Shown here: piece by piece, positions 26,159 to 35,748 of the stretch
How the letters are laid out: each line of letters opens with the position of its first letter
How positions within the stretch are numbered: the stretch's first letter is position 1
IMG/VR virus record: IMGVR_UViG_3300036761_003567
Location: 1 to 64,000 of that record
Strand: one strand, 5' to 3'
Length of the DNA: 64,000 bases
From: a virus
Notes under the pieces: generated by a model
What the model was told of the DNA's origin: nothing
The model's database searches: none
Seen by the model: the letters and a program-made list of their open reading frames with translations, nothing else
Translations under genes and position numbers: made by a program

Positions 26159-28972
26159 ATGAGCATCACAGACGCAGACATCCAGGCGAAATTCCCATTC
26201 TCCCAGTTCCGGCCTGACCAGCTCGAGGCCGTCCGCCTCACGCTTGACCAGTTCGACAAGGGCAAGAAGTTCGTCATCATCGAGATGCCCGTAGGCGGTG
26301 GCAAGTCCGCCATTGCCTATTCCGTCGCCCAGTTCTTTGCCAATTCCTATTACCTTACGATCCAGCGCTTCCTCCAGGACCAGCTCATGGGGGACTTCGG
26401 CCAGCCGCCCAGAGATGGCCTCCTTCCGATGGTGGACCTGAAGGGCCGCGGAAACTACCAGTGCACCCATGCCCAAAGAAACGCCTTCGCTCTCGTCCGG
26501 GGACTGCTTTCGTCCCTCGGCCATCCCGATACCATAGCAAAACAGGTAGCGGAATACTTCGTCAAGAATCGGAACTTCGAGGGCCTATCCATAAAGCTGG
26601 ACTTCGACGCCGTCTCCAAGATCGTCGAGATGGTCGAGAACAAGCCGGGCTGCGATAAGGGAGTCTGCCGGACTCGGGACGGCAAATCCAGGTGCAAGGA
26701 CTGCTTCCCGAACGGCCTTCCAGCGCTGTGTCCTTATTGGGCTAGGAATGCCCAGGCCCAAGCCGCCCAAATCTGCCTCATGAACTTCCGGGTGTTCCTC
26801 CACCAGACGGTCCTGACGAACGCCTTCGGCCACCGGGATCTGATGATCGTGGATGAGTGCTTCCACCCGCACACGAATATCGTAACCGACAGAGGAAGAA
26901 TCCCCATCGGCAAATTAGTGAACAAAAGAATTGATTGTTCTGTACTGTCCTATAACAAAAAGCTTCAAAAGCTCGAATTCAAGCCAATATCCCGCTTCTT
27001 AAAACGAGGAAAGCGACCAACTTTTAAAGTGATTGCCGGGAACAGGGTGATGTACCCAACAGCAGACCACAAGATCCATACGCCAAATGGCCTCAAGAAA
27101 CTCTGCGACCTTCGTGTCGGCGATTTGATCATCGTAAACGAACCAGAAATCTCCCACACACAACAACAAATCCTCCTTGGATCGTTATTAGGTGATGCGT
27201 CAGTACAAATAGTCCCATCGAAAAGGAAATCGTGGAAATATGCCCCCAAAGGGGCAAGAGCCCGAGTTCGATTCGTCCACAGCTCAAAACAGCTTACTTT
27301 CCTGCGTTGGAAGTACAATATTCTGAAGGAACATGTAAATACTGGCCCCAAGATTTTTAAAAGTAAGGGGTTCTCAAAACGTGTCGCACGATTCAACACA
27401 AAGTGCAACATGTTTGAACAAATTAAAGTCGTAATCCGGAACCACAAGAAAACTCCCAACAAAGCATGGTTCCAGAAAATAGAAGACCTTGGATTGGCTG
27501 TATGGTTTATGGACGATGGGTCTTGCAACAGAAACACAATCCACCTTCACACAGAAGGATATACCTTACAAGAAAATCGAAAAATTGCCTTCTGGCTGCG
27601 GGAAACTCTCGATATCCCAGCTAAGGTTCTGTCATACTGCAAGCGCGACCATGTGCTGTACTATATTACGCTTGGTAGAAGTGGCAGCAGGATCTTAGCA
27701 CAAAAGATAGCCAGGTTTATACCACCATTCATGCGATACAAGCTACCCAGTGGACAGTGGGATCCTTATAACCCAGAACTGGAAGTCAAAAGATCAAAGC
27801 CAGTTAGCGCACAGCCCGTCTTCTCTATTAACCCATACAAGGAAACTGTCACGTACGATCTAGAAGTAGCAGACAACCATAATTATTTTGCCGGTTCTAG
27901 CCTCGTCTCCAATTGTCATCAAATGGAATCGGAGCTGATGAACTTCATCGGCTTCAGCCTGAATGACAAGTCGCTCCGAGAATACGGCATCGTCCTGTCC
28001 GAGATGGGCTCCGCCGCCGAGTACGCAAGGTTCCTGAAGGATAAGGACATCCTGGCCGTCATCGAGAACATACTGAAGATGGCGCGCGCGGCCGGAGACC
28101 TTGAGAAGGAAGACGAGTGGATGGACATCGAGAGGCGGTGCGGGCACTTCCTCGCAACGGCCGAAGACGGTAACTGGGTCGCCCTCTTCAAGGATACGGA
28201 CCAGAGGAAGAAATACAAGGTCATCTGGAACACGGTAGAACTCAAACCCGTCTATGTCCGCAAGATGGCCCACGACTTCGTGTTCAACAGGGCGGACAAG
28301 GTCCTCATGATGAGCGCCACGGTCCTGTCGGCGAAGACGGTCTGCTCATCCCTGGGGATCGAAACGAATGACATGTACGCCATCCGGTACGGAAGCCGCT
28401 TCCCCGTCGAGAACCGCCCGATCTTCTTCACGCCGGTAGGTTCACTCAGCTATAAGAACAAGGCGGAGACCCTGCCCAAGATCGTGCCGGCCGTCGACAA
28501 GATCCTGAATAAGTATAAGGGCAAGAAGGGCATCATCCACACGCACAACTTCGAGATTGCCAGGTTGCTGATCAGCGAGTGCGAGACCAGGGACCGCATG
28601 CTCTTCCAGGAGGATTTCGAAAACAAGAAGGAAATGCTCAAGGAGCACGCCGAACGCGAGGACTCCGTAATCGTAGCTCCCGCTATGCACGAGGGGCTGG
28701 ACCTGAAAGACGAGCTCAGTCGCTTTCAGATCATTGTAAAGATGCCGTACCCGCCGATCAAGGGAAACCCACAGCTTGAAGCCCGGATGCAAGACTCGCA
28801 GGAATATTATGACTGGCTGACGGCTCTCAAGCTGGTCCAGGCAACGGGCAGGTCAGTGAGGTCAGAGACGGACTGGGCGCACACTTATATCCTGGATGCC
28901 GATTTTGAATGGTTCTTGCGAAAGGCTCGTGGAATTCTGCCGAAGTGGTTCAAGGAAGCGATCAGGACCTAG
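26159..28972 (+). CDS. DinG/Rad3-like SF2 helicase containing an intein
   Basis: Q motif RPDQ, Walker A PVGGGKS, Cys cluster, DE|CH after splicing, MSAT, EGLD, Q.TGR.VR. Start revised to ATG 26159. Confidence 0.9.
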   Translation: MSITDADIQAKFPFSQFRPDQLEAVRLTLDQFDKGKKFVIIEMPVGGGKSAIAYSVAQFFANSYYLTIQRFLQDQLMGDFGQPPRDGLLPMVDLKGRGNYQCTHAQRNAFALVRGLLSSLGHPDTIAKQVAEYFVKNRNFEGLSIKLDFDAVSKIVEMVENKPGCDKGVCRTRDGKSRCKDCFPNGLPALCPYWARNAQAQAAQICLMNFRVFLHQTVLTNAFGHRDLMIVDECFHPHTNIVTDRGRIPIGKLVNKRIDCSVLSYNKKLQKLEFKPISRFLKRGKRPTFKVIAGNRVMYPTADHKIHTPNGLKKLCDLRVGDLIIVNEPEISHTQQQILLGSLLGDASVQIVPSKRKSWKYAPKGARARVRFVHSSKQLTFLRWKYNILKEHVNTGPKIFKSKGFSKRVARFNTKCNMFEQIKVVIRNHKKTPNKAWFQKIEDLGLAVWFMDDGSCNRNTIHLHTEGYTLQENRKIAFWLRETLDIPAKVLSYCKRDHVLYYITLGRSGSRILAQKIARFIPPFMRYKLPSGQWDPYNPELEVKRSKPVSAQPVFSINPYKETVTYDLEVADNHNYFAGSSLVSNCHQMESELMNFIGFSLNDKSLREYGIVLSEMGSAAEYARFLKDKDILAVIENILKMARAAGDLEKEDEWMDIERRCGHFLATAEDGNWVALFKDTDQRKKYKVIWNTVELKPVYVRKMAHDFVFNRADKVLMMSATVLSAKTVCSSLGIETNDMYAIRYGSRFPVENRPIFFTPVGSLSYKNKAETLPKIVPAVDKILNKYKGKKGIIHTHNFEIARLLISECETRDRMLFQEDFENKKEMLKEHAEREDSVIVAPAMHEGLDLKDELSRFQIIVKMPYPPIKGNPQLEARMQDSQEYYDWLTALKLVQATGRSVRSETDWAHTYILDADFEWFLRKARGILPKWFKEAIRT
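26858..27913 (+). mobile_element. Intein with LAGLIDADG homing endonuclease (352 aa)
   Basis: Starts CFHPHT; block B TADH; LLGSLLGDA and LAVWFMDDG; ends YDLEVADNHNYFAGSSLVSN followed by Cys+1; AT-rich. Confidence 0.93.
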
Positions 28973-29246
28973 CCAGATTCGAGAAGTAGCTTTGAATTTC
29001 CTTCTCTGGCACTATGTCGACATTACTGCCTGGTTTGTCTATGCTCATAATATTACCAGCGTGTGGTGCAGTTACAAGCACATGGGACGGATAGAGAGTA
29101 CCTATGTTGTTCTTGATCGTATCAAGAGGTCCAAATGTAACCAACGTAAGATGGTCTGCAATATAGTCGAAGACAAAATAGATCTCACTAGCTCCCGATT
29201 CCGTCGGCTGCTCCATCGCCTTATTCAGCTTTTTCTCGAAGTCCAT
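28962..29246 (-). CDS. Small hypothetical protein (MDFEKKLNKA...)
   Basis: AAGGTG RBS; start region duplicated with the neighbouring gene. Confidence 0.65.
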   Translation of the reverse strand: MDFEKKLNKAMEQPTESGASEIYFVFDYIADHLTLVTFGPLDTIKNNIGTLYPSHVLVTAPHAGNIMSIDKPGSNVDIVPEKEIQSYFSNLARS

Positions 29247-29524
29247 TCTGCACCTTATCTCATCCCAACGTCGTACCACTTGCCGTTAAACAAGAAGACA
29301 ATTAGGCCACTACCACCGGCGGTGCCCCCGCTCTCGAGAGCGGGGATCATCGTGAACCCCTGCCCCTGGAGATCCGTAATAGACTGCGGAAGCGGCTTGC
29401 CATCCGCCTGAGGAACCGTCTCTGCCAGCGTATCCCCTGCGACGGGGTACTTCGCGTCCTGAATGGACTCAAAAGCCTCATTCAGCTTTTTCGCGAAGTC
29501 CATTTTGCACCTCATACCATTCCA
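29221..29524. repeat. 47-bp direct repeat (40/47 identical) covering RBS and first codons of two tandem genes
   Basis: 29221-29267 versus 29478-29524, aligned by hand. Confidence 0.85.
29255..29503 (-). CDS. Small hypothetical protein ([10 protein letters not shown]...)
   Basis: GAGGTG RBS; start revised. Confidence 0.65.
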   Translation of the reverse strand: MDFAKKLNEAFESIQDAKYPVAGDTLAETVPQADGKPLPQSITDLQGQGFTMIPALESGGTAGGSGLIVFLFNGKWYDVGMR

Positions 29525-30428
29525 GGGTCTTCTTAAGACCGTCATCGAACGTTGTCATAGCTTTGAATCCGAACTCCTCCTCGGCCCGGGTCGTATCCAG
29601 GCAGCGCCGCGGCTGGCCGTCCGGCTTGGTCGTGTCCCAGAAGATCTCACCATCAAACCCGACGAGGTCCCTTATCTTATTGACCAAGTCGAATATCCGA
29701 ATCTCGAAACCCGCCCCGATATTCACCGGTTCCGGCTTGTCGTACAGATCCGTGGCTAGGACGATGGCTCTAGCGGCGTCCTCGACATATAAGAATTCCC
29801 GCGTTGCCGTGCCAGTTCCCCAGATAGTAACCACTGACTCCTTCGCCGCCTTTGCCTCTACGAACTTCTTGATCAGGGCCGGAATGACGTGAGACGATTC
29901 CGGATTGAAGTTATCACCTGGACCGTACAGATTAACGGGCATGAGAAAGATCGCATTCAGACCATATTCCTGTCGATAAGCCTGGGACTGCACAAGAAGC
30001 ATCTTCTTGGCCAAACCATAGGGTGCATTCGTCTCTTCCGGGTAGCCGTTCCAGATATTTTCCTCTTTAAACGGGACCGGCGTGAACTTGGGATAACAAC
30101 AGATTGTCCCAAGGGCTACGAGCTTCTCGATGCCCGCCTTGCGGCCCTCTTCTATTATGTTAGCACCCATCATCAGGTTATCGTAATAGAACTTCCCTGG
30201 ATGGGCCTTGTTAGCGCCGATGCCGCCTACGACGGCCGCAAGATGAATGACAATGTCGGGCTTGGAGTCGTTATAGAGCTTCTTGACTGCCTCGGGATCA
30301 ACAAGATTATAGTTCTTGCTGCGGGGTACGAAGAGGTGGCAGCCAGCCTTCTCGAGCTCACGCCCTACGTAGCGCCCAAGAAACCCGCTGCCTCCCGTTA
30401 CCGTAACCCTCTTATGTTGTAGGCTCAT
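29478..30428 (-). CDS. fcl: GDP-L-fucose synthase (extended SDR)
   Basis: [71 protein letters not shown]. Confidence 0.93.
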   Translation of the reverse strand: MSLQHKRVTVTGGSGFLGRYVGRELEKAGCHLFVPRSKNYNLVDPEAVKKLYNDSKPDIVIHLAAVVGGIGANKAHPGKFYYDNLMMGANIIEEGRKAGIEKLVALGTICCYPKFTPVPFKEENIWNGYPEETNAPYGLAKKMLLVQSQAYRQEYGLNAIFLMPVNLYGPGDNFNPESSHVIPALIKKFVEAKAAKESVVTIWGTGTATREFLYVEDAARAIVLATDLYDKPEPVNIGAGFEIRIFDLVNKIRDLVGFDGEIFWDTTKPDGQPRRCLDTTRAEEEFGFKAMTTFDDGLKKTLEWYEVQNGLREKAE

Positions 30429-31012
30429 GTAGATCCGGAGCCCCCAAACGACGGCAGGACAGGGAAATCGCTCTGACCCGTCGGATTATAGGCCACGACG
30501 ATATGCGAGGCCTCTGTAATGTAGAAGGCGTCTCCGGACTCGATCCTGGCCCTTATTCCCTTCTCTTTGATATATACCTGGAAGATGCCGTTCGATCCGT
30601 CAACGATGTAGGCAAGAATGCTACCAAAGGGGATGTTCAGGTAGGTTTCTGCCCTAGAGACGGCTATAAGAGCCTCGTCGTTGTCATAGAACAGGAAACC
30701 GTCTCGCCACACGTCAGTCACCAGGATCTCGTTCGTGGACGACATGCGCAAGAAAGTGACGATCTCGCCGGTCTGGGGAACATAAGTTCCCTCGCCGGCT
30801 ATGCTTATCGTCTCGACCTTGCGTAGATAATCGAAGAGGAAGTTCCCGCGAACCTCCAGCCGCGAATTGTAGTTCAGGATGTCCTGATCCGGCGACGAAA
30901 CTTTTGCGATCTCAAGGTCGCGCAGGCTTGAAAGCAGAAGGGGACAGAAGGCGCTTATGAACGACTTCGCGCGGGACTTCACGCTATACCCGACGTCGGC
31001 TATTGCTTCCAT
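30425..31012 (-). CDS. Hypothetical protein
   Basis: Start revised to ATG 31012; coupled to fcl. Confidence 0.7.
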   Translation of the reverse strand: MEAIADVGYSVKSRAKSFISAFCPLLLSSLRDLEIAKVSSPDQDILNYNSRLEVRGNFLFDYLRKVETISIAGEGTYVPQTGEIVTFLRMSSTNEILVTDVWRDGFLFYDNDEALIAVSRAETYLNIPFGSILAYIVDGSNGIFQVYIKEKGIRARIESGDAFYITEASHIVVAYNPTGQSDFPVLPSFGGSGST

Positions 31013-31043
31013 GTTATTAGCTTTGATACTCAAAGTTTAAGAA

Positions 31044-31955
31044 ATGGATCATTATAAGAACCTCTTCTACGAGCGGATGATCGGCTGGAAGCCGGCCCAG
31101 TTCGGCAGTCGCGTCCACACCGTCTTCAGCTGCACGGATACCCTCTATCAGTACTGGCAATGCGAGCTTCTAGCCTATACTTATCGAAAGGTGGGCCAGC
31201 CAGGGCCTCTCACCCGCCTCGTCTCAACCAACAAGGAAGTAAAATACCCGTTCTCGGAGAAGACGTTCAAAGCGACTGACTATAGCATCCATCCGCGGTC
31301 CGGCGACAAGTACCTGGCCTACAATAAGCCATCCGCACTCATGGAATGGCTAAAGCAGGCCAAGCCCAAGGAATCCACCATCGTCGTCATCGATCCGGAT
31401 TGCGTGTTCCTCTCCAAATACGTCGGCGAAGCACTACCGGGCAAGCCAAAGGCAGCTTATTACTGCTATATGGAGCCGGGAGGCGACTTAGGTAAGTTGC
31501 TGATTTCCAGACATTGCCGGAGGAACAAGGAACTGGTCCAGTCCGTAGGCATCCCCGTCGTCATCCATAGGCAAGACCTCGAAATCGTCGCGCCAAGATG
31601 GCTGGAGGTAACCCGGGAAATCCGCGATGACAAGGAATGCCATAATGCCGTCGGCTGGATCGCCGAGATGTTCGGCTATACGATTGCCGCCGCGGAGGCC
31701 GGACTGAAAGGTGACGTAAAGCGGCTGTGCGTCTTCCCACCCGAAGATTCAGTGGACGCACCTTTCATGCATTATTGCGCCGCAAGCGAGAACGAGGCAG
31801 AGGGCTTCATGTGGCACAAGGGAATCTACAAGCCCTGGGAGCAGCCTCCGATGCCTCCTCCGGGTAGCCCAAAAGCAACCCTAGTCCTTGCTCAGCTCTT
31901 GAAGGAGGCTGCAGACGTTTATGGCAACGCAGCAGGCGTGGGCGTCCCCGTCTGA
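31044..31955 (+). CDS. Plant SERGT1/HPAT-like (GT96/GT95) protein O-glycosyltransferase
   Basis: HTVFS....Y..WQ......VGQPGPLTRL.S, HP.SGD.Y...NKP....WL, IDPD, GWI.EM.GY...AAE.GL, HY. Confidence 0.75.
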   Translation: MDHYKNLFYERMIGWKPAQFGSRVHTVFSCTDTLYQYWQCELLAYTYRKVGQPGPLTRLVSTNKEVKYPFSEKTFKATDYSIHPRSGDKYLAYNKPSALMEWLKQAKPKESTIVVIDPDCVFLSKYVGEALPGKPKAAYYCYMEPGGDLGKLLISRHCRRNKELVQSVGIPVVIHRQDLEIVAPRWLEVTREIRDDKECHNAVGWIAEMFGYTIAAAEAGLKGDVKRLCVFPPEDSVDAPFMHYCAASENEAEGFMWHKGIYKPWEQPPMPPPGSPKATLVLAQLLKEAADVYGNAAGVGVPV

Positions 31956-32761
31956 ACGACCGGCCCAAGGGCTTCCTTCACCACTTGCATGACCTGCTCG
32001 CGCGGGACGAATTCCGAGAAATGCTCGACGACTGGCGCAATATCCAACCCAAGCTCGGCATGTCCGATGACGTAATTGTAGAGCTTGTCTTCGATCCGGA
32101 CTGGATAACTCATGCCGTGCGGCCTATTAAACCTGTGCACCCACTTTAACCAGGGCATGCAAAGACACTTCCGACCCGCCTGTCTAAACTTCTCGTGAAT
32201 GTAGCCTTCCTCGCCGCCGAAGCCCCTGAACCTCGGATTGAAGCCGAGCCACGCAGATTTCTTGCAGGAAAAAGCGCCCATCCCCTGCATCGGGATCTCT
32301 TTTACGGCGCTGTCCAAGTTGTCTACGTGAACGCTATCACTCCAGATGCCCCACATCTCGCCACGCCAGACGGGATTGAAATGCGTCGCCACATATTTCA
32401 AGTCATCGTAAAGCAGAGGACCTTGAATGAGATCCTTACACTCCGGATTTGCCTCGTAGAAGGCCTTCAGACTTTCTATGGCCCCCGGCGGGAAGAGGAC
32501 GTGGCAGTCGCAGCAGAGTACAAAGTCGCCCCTGGCTTCCATAAAGACAGCGCCCTTCGCAGCCGCGGGGCCAGACCTGTTCATCAGGCGCATATATCTG
32601 CCGTCGACGCTCTTGACGAAGTTTTCCGTCGTCTTGCACCCGTAGCTGTCGATGACCAGAATCTCCGTATCCTTCAGGTTCTGATACATCCGGAGGGCCA
32701 TGATAGTGAAGAAGACGCCGTCATAATCGTCATAGACCGGGATGCCTATCGTCAGCTTCAT
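31919..32761 (-). CDS. GT2 family glycosyltransferase
   Basis: LTIGIPVY, ILVID, CDCH, FRGFGGEEG. Confidence 0.85.
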   Translation of the reverse strand: MKLTIGIPVYDDYDGVFFTIMALRMYQNLKDTEILVIDSYGCKTTENFVKSVDGRYMRLMNRSGPAAAKGAVFMEARGDFVLCCDCHVLFPPGAIESLKAFYEANPECKDLIQGPLLYDDLKYVATHFNPVWRGEMWGIWSDSVHVDNLDSAVKEIPMQGMGAFSCKKSAWLGFNPRFRGFGGEEGYIHEKFRQAGRKCLCMPWLKWVHRFNRPHGMSYPVRIEDKLYNYVIGHAELGLDIAPVVEHFSEFVPREQVMQVVKEALGPVVQTGTPTPAALP

Positions 32762-32768
32762 ACGATAG

Positions 32769-34226
32769 TTACGGTTGAGGCGTGGTAGACGACGACGTTG
32801 AAGATGAACTCGAAGTTGGCCTTCGTGTCGAGGACGAGGATGAGGTCCTGTAGCTCATGCCGCTACCCGAAGTATAGCTTCCGCCCTTTTCAACGAACGC
32901 AGGAATGACGGCGCCCCTTTCCGGAGGTATGAAGTCGCCCTGGATGCCGCAGGGCCCGTCGCCCACGTTCGGGCACCAGAAGAATTCCGCCTGGCAGCAT
33001 TGTTCCGGCGGCGGCGGGTCCAACAGGATCTCGAATGGGAGCGGCGTCTCGGCATTCGTAAACCAGTCGAACGTGAAGGACTGATAGTGTGCCAGGTCGA
33101 CGCAGCAGGATGCTGGTTGCCAATTCGGCAGATCCAGGGGCGGCGGCGTGAAGTCAGGCGGCGCGAAGAGGAACGACCAGATCGGCTTGCAGGACTTCAT
33201 GGTTACGGCAACGGCACAGAAGAGCGCTTCCCGGATGCCGCCAATGGGCATCGAATTAGACGATGGCGAGAGGTCGCTGACGCAGATGTCCCTCGGAAGC
33301 GTAGCCTTGACGAGGTACATCGTGCTCGAGATGGGCGATTTCCGCATTGATATGACGGCAGAAGTCGCCTTGATCGAGGCGTCATCAAAGAAACTCGTAA
33401 CGACTTCCAGGAAGCGAGTTCCGTCCTGTCCCGCCTGCCCTTTTGCGCCCTTCTGTCTTGCCTTAAACCGCCAGTCAGTCAGATTGCCGATATTACCCGT
33501 GAGCTTGACGGTTCCAGTAACGGCCCCCGTGGCGAAGATGAGGTCGCTCGAGGGATCAACGCCGATTGTCTCATCAACGACATTCACGGTAGAACCGGTT
33601 CCGCCGAGTGGTACCACGAATTCAATTGCGTACTCCGAAGCCTGACCTGATCTGAACAGCCTAACCGAAATGTCGGTTTCGATAGGCGTACCAACTAGCG
33701 CGTCGATCTTGATCGTATCCGGCTGTACGAAGACTGGCGTCTGGAATTCTTCGGGCGCCGCCGGCGTTCCGTCCTTCCCCGCGTCGCCTTTCTCGCCCTT
33801 TGGACCCTTGCATCCCACGCAGCAGCGGCTCATAACATTGTGGAAGAGCCGTGCCTTATCGACCTCGATGCGGAGGTTGGTGGACCCGTCGTCCAGCTTC
33901 TCTACGGTGAAGGCAATGAGCCTGTCGGACGAATAGAAATAGTAATAGTACGGTGAGGCGCTGTCCGTCCTGATCTTGAAGGCTTCGAAGGACGTGCCCC
34001 CTTTGATGAGATCCTGGACGAGCTTCAACAGCTTATAGATGTCGGGGGAGACGAGGCCGGATTCCTGCTCGGTGACCACCTGAAACGCGCGCAGGAGACC
34101 CCTTGCGTTCCAAGTCTTCGTGGAGCCGTTATACTCGAAGATGTTCCCGAAGAGGTCGGCTATTGCGTCGCCGTCCTTCGGACTGAGGGGCAGCTTCCGT
34201 ACGAATGGTGGATAAATGGCAGTCAT
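32769..34226 (-). CDS. Collagen-repeat protein with Ser/Thr-rich tail (putative virion fibre or decoration)
   Basis: GCKGPKGEKGDAGKDG and GAKGQAGQDG; CC pairs; C-terminus TSSSSSTRRPTSSSSSTSSSTTPQP. Confidence 0.7.
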   Translation of the reverse strand: MTAIYPPFVRKLPLSPKDGDAIADLFGNIFEYNGSTKTWNARGLLRAFQVVTEQESGLVSPDIYKLLKLVQDLIKGGTSFEAFKIRTDSASPYYYYFYSSDRLIAFTVEKLDDGSTNLRIEVDKARLFHNVMSRCCVGCKGPKGEKGDAGKDGTPAAPEEFQTPVFVQPDTIKIDALVGTPIETDISVRLFRSGQASEYAIEFVVPLGGTGSTVNVVDETIGVDPSSDLIFATGAVTGTVKLTGNIGNLTDWRFKARQKGAKGQAGQDGTRFLEVVTSFFDDASIKATSAVISMRKSPISSTMYLVKATLPRDICVSDLSPSSNSMPIGGIREALFCAVAVTMKSCKPIWSFLFAPPDFTPPPLDLPNWQPASCCVDLAHYQSFTFDWFTNAETPLPFEILLDPPPPEQCCQAEFFWCPNVGDGPCGIQGDFIPPERGAVIPAFVEKGGSYTSGSGMSYRTSSSSSTRRPTSSSSSTSSSTTPQP

Positions 34227-34426
34227 CAGTTTATCTTTTCAGGGACCAGTTCGAGCGTCCATCCCTTCTTGCGGCAATAGTCCTCGACCTGGCTTATCTG
34301 CCATCCGATCATGTACTTGACGATAGGCGGGGCTCTATGGACGACTTTATCTACCGAGATGCCAGCAGTGAAGTGAGGAGCCAGGATGCGGCACAGCACA
34401 AATACACGCCTCCCCCTCATCCGCAT
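34226..34426 (-). CDS. Small hypothetical protein
   Basis: APHF.AG...APPI.KYM.GW....V..YC.KKGW pattern; start uncertain. Confidence 0.6.
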   Translation of the reverse strand: MRMRGRRVFVLCRILAPHFTAGISVDKVVHRAPPIVKYMIGWQISQVEDYCRKKGWTLELVPEKIN

Positions 34427-34437
34427 GGGAGAAAGGC

Positions 34438-35080
34438 AGGATAAGAAAATCCTATCCCGCGAAAGACGTGAGAAGAGGAGCTGGCGCGGGATCTGATGAG
34501 GAGCCCAGGATGGCCCAGGCTATGTTCCCATTGTCCCCTCCGTACATGCGGCCACATGGTCCCAATGTGCATCGCACCAGTGGGTTTGTTCGGCCTGTAC
34601 GGCGCCAGCTCTTCTTCGTCACGTCCAGTTCTCCATTACGACCTTCAGGAAGGACAGTTGCCTCATGGCTTCCAGCAGCCGCCATGAGGGCAGTCCAGCC
34701 ATCCAGCCGACGGATGTCGCACTTCACGGTGGGACCCGTATTCCCGGCCACCATGACTCGGCAGAGGCCCTATCCGCAGCTCCCGCTGCAGGAGCTCTTC
34801 CATGCGTGCTGTACCGGGCTATGAGGCATTGAGTTCGCCCGGGGGCCTCCGTCCTGCCGAGATTCTACGATGCCGTCGTGGCAAAGGACCCGTCGCTTGA
34901 ACCGGCTTGTCAAGGTCAAGCCCACGCTGGCTTACTCCGTCGGTCTCATTCCACCGACATCTTTCAGCCAGCGCTCTTGTCCGCACTCCTCTGACCGGGT
35001 CGCGGGCGGACATGGAACGTTTTGGAAACCTGCCGCTTTCGCCCTCTTGTGGCAAATGCCCTTTTCTGGCGGCGGCGTCT
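34438..35080. ncRNA. Candidate large structured non-coding RNA (about 640 nt)
   Basis: No credible ORF; near-continuous nested stems including a roughly 23-bp long-range helix 34465-34487/34602-34625. Strand unresolved. Confidence 0.65.
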
Positions 35081-35129
35081 CTTATATACGTTTACACCGG
35101 CTACCCGCTTCCTCTCGTATTTCATCAAC

Positions 35130-35747
35130 ATGAAGGTGGAAGAACTCAAGTTTGGCGCGAAAGCCAAGGTCGTTAAGACGCTAGATGGCCTATCAGATAA
35201 AAGAAGATCTTCGTTTATAGGCCAAATCGGAGTCATCGTTGGCTTCTTTGCCCTAGATAACGCCATCGATAAAAAGACGAGATTCTCCGTCTCCCTGCGA
35301 TTTGATAACTCCTTAGGCATTGAAGAGTTCGATATGTGTGAGCTCGAACTAGATGCCGGTCCAGATGCCCTAATAAAAGCGATTGCAGAATTGGGCGGAA
35401 TCGAACAGAATAATAAGGTTTTCGTCGATGTGGCCGGTAAAGGCGATACGACGACAATTTCGAATGCTCTTGAGATAGTCCAGACTCAGCCATGGCTGGC
35501 CAGCGGAGCAATCCAGCCCATCGGAATAGCAGCTCAGCCCATCAAGCCAGGCGAGAGCGGATTCGTGAAGTTATTCGGCACTTTTGCAGAGGAGACGGAC
35601 CCTGAGAAATTAAAGAAAATGTCTGACCAATTCGGCTACGCAGGGGCTGTCGGCATCGACGGATTCGGCAACCCGATCGTCATCCCTCCGAAGCGTCCAC
35701 AGAAAAATAAGCCAGGCGAACTCGGGGAGAGAAAAGTCGAGGCATGA
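35130..35747 (+). CDS. Hypothetical protein
   Basis: Start revised to MKVEELK, 5 nt after GTATTTCA. Confidence 0.7.
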   Translation: MKVEELKFGAKAKVVKTLDGLSDKRRSSFIGQIGVIVGFFALDNAIDKKTRFSVSLRFDNSLGIEEFDMCELELDAGPDALIKAIAELGGIEQNNKVFVDVAGKGDTTTISNALEIVQTQPWLASGAIQPIGIAAQPIKPGESGFVKLFGTFAEETDPEKLKKMSDQFGYAGAVGIDGFGNPIVIPPKRPQKNKPGELGERKVEA

Positions 35748-35748
35748 C

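Noticed and set aside
34461-34500. Hammerhead ribozyme core (GAAA and CTGATGAG)
   Set aside because: The order and spacing do not allow stems I-III, and no GAAA follows a stem II.
34535-34602. Group II intron domain V-like GCATGTACGG on the minus strand
   Set aside because: No AGC/CGC triad helix with a GNRA loop, no interrupted gene and no maturase.
34452-35320. Short ORFs across the structured intergenic region
   Set aside because: They overlap each other, have Arg/Pro/Ser-rich composition and lack backbone codon bias; base pairing explains the sequence better.
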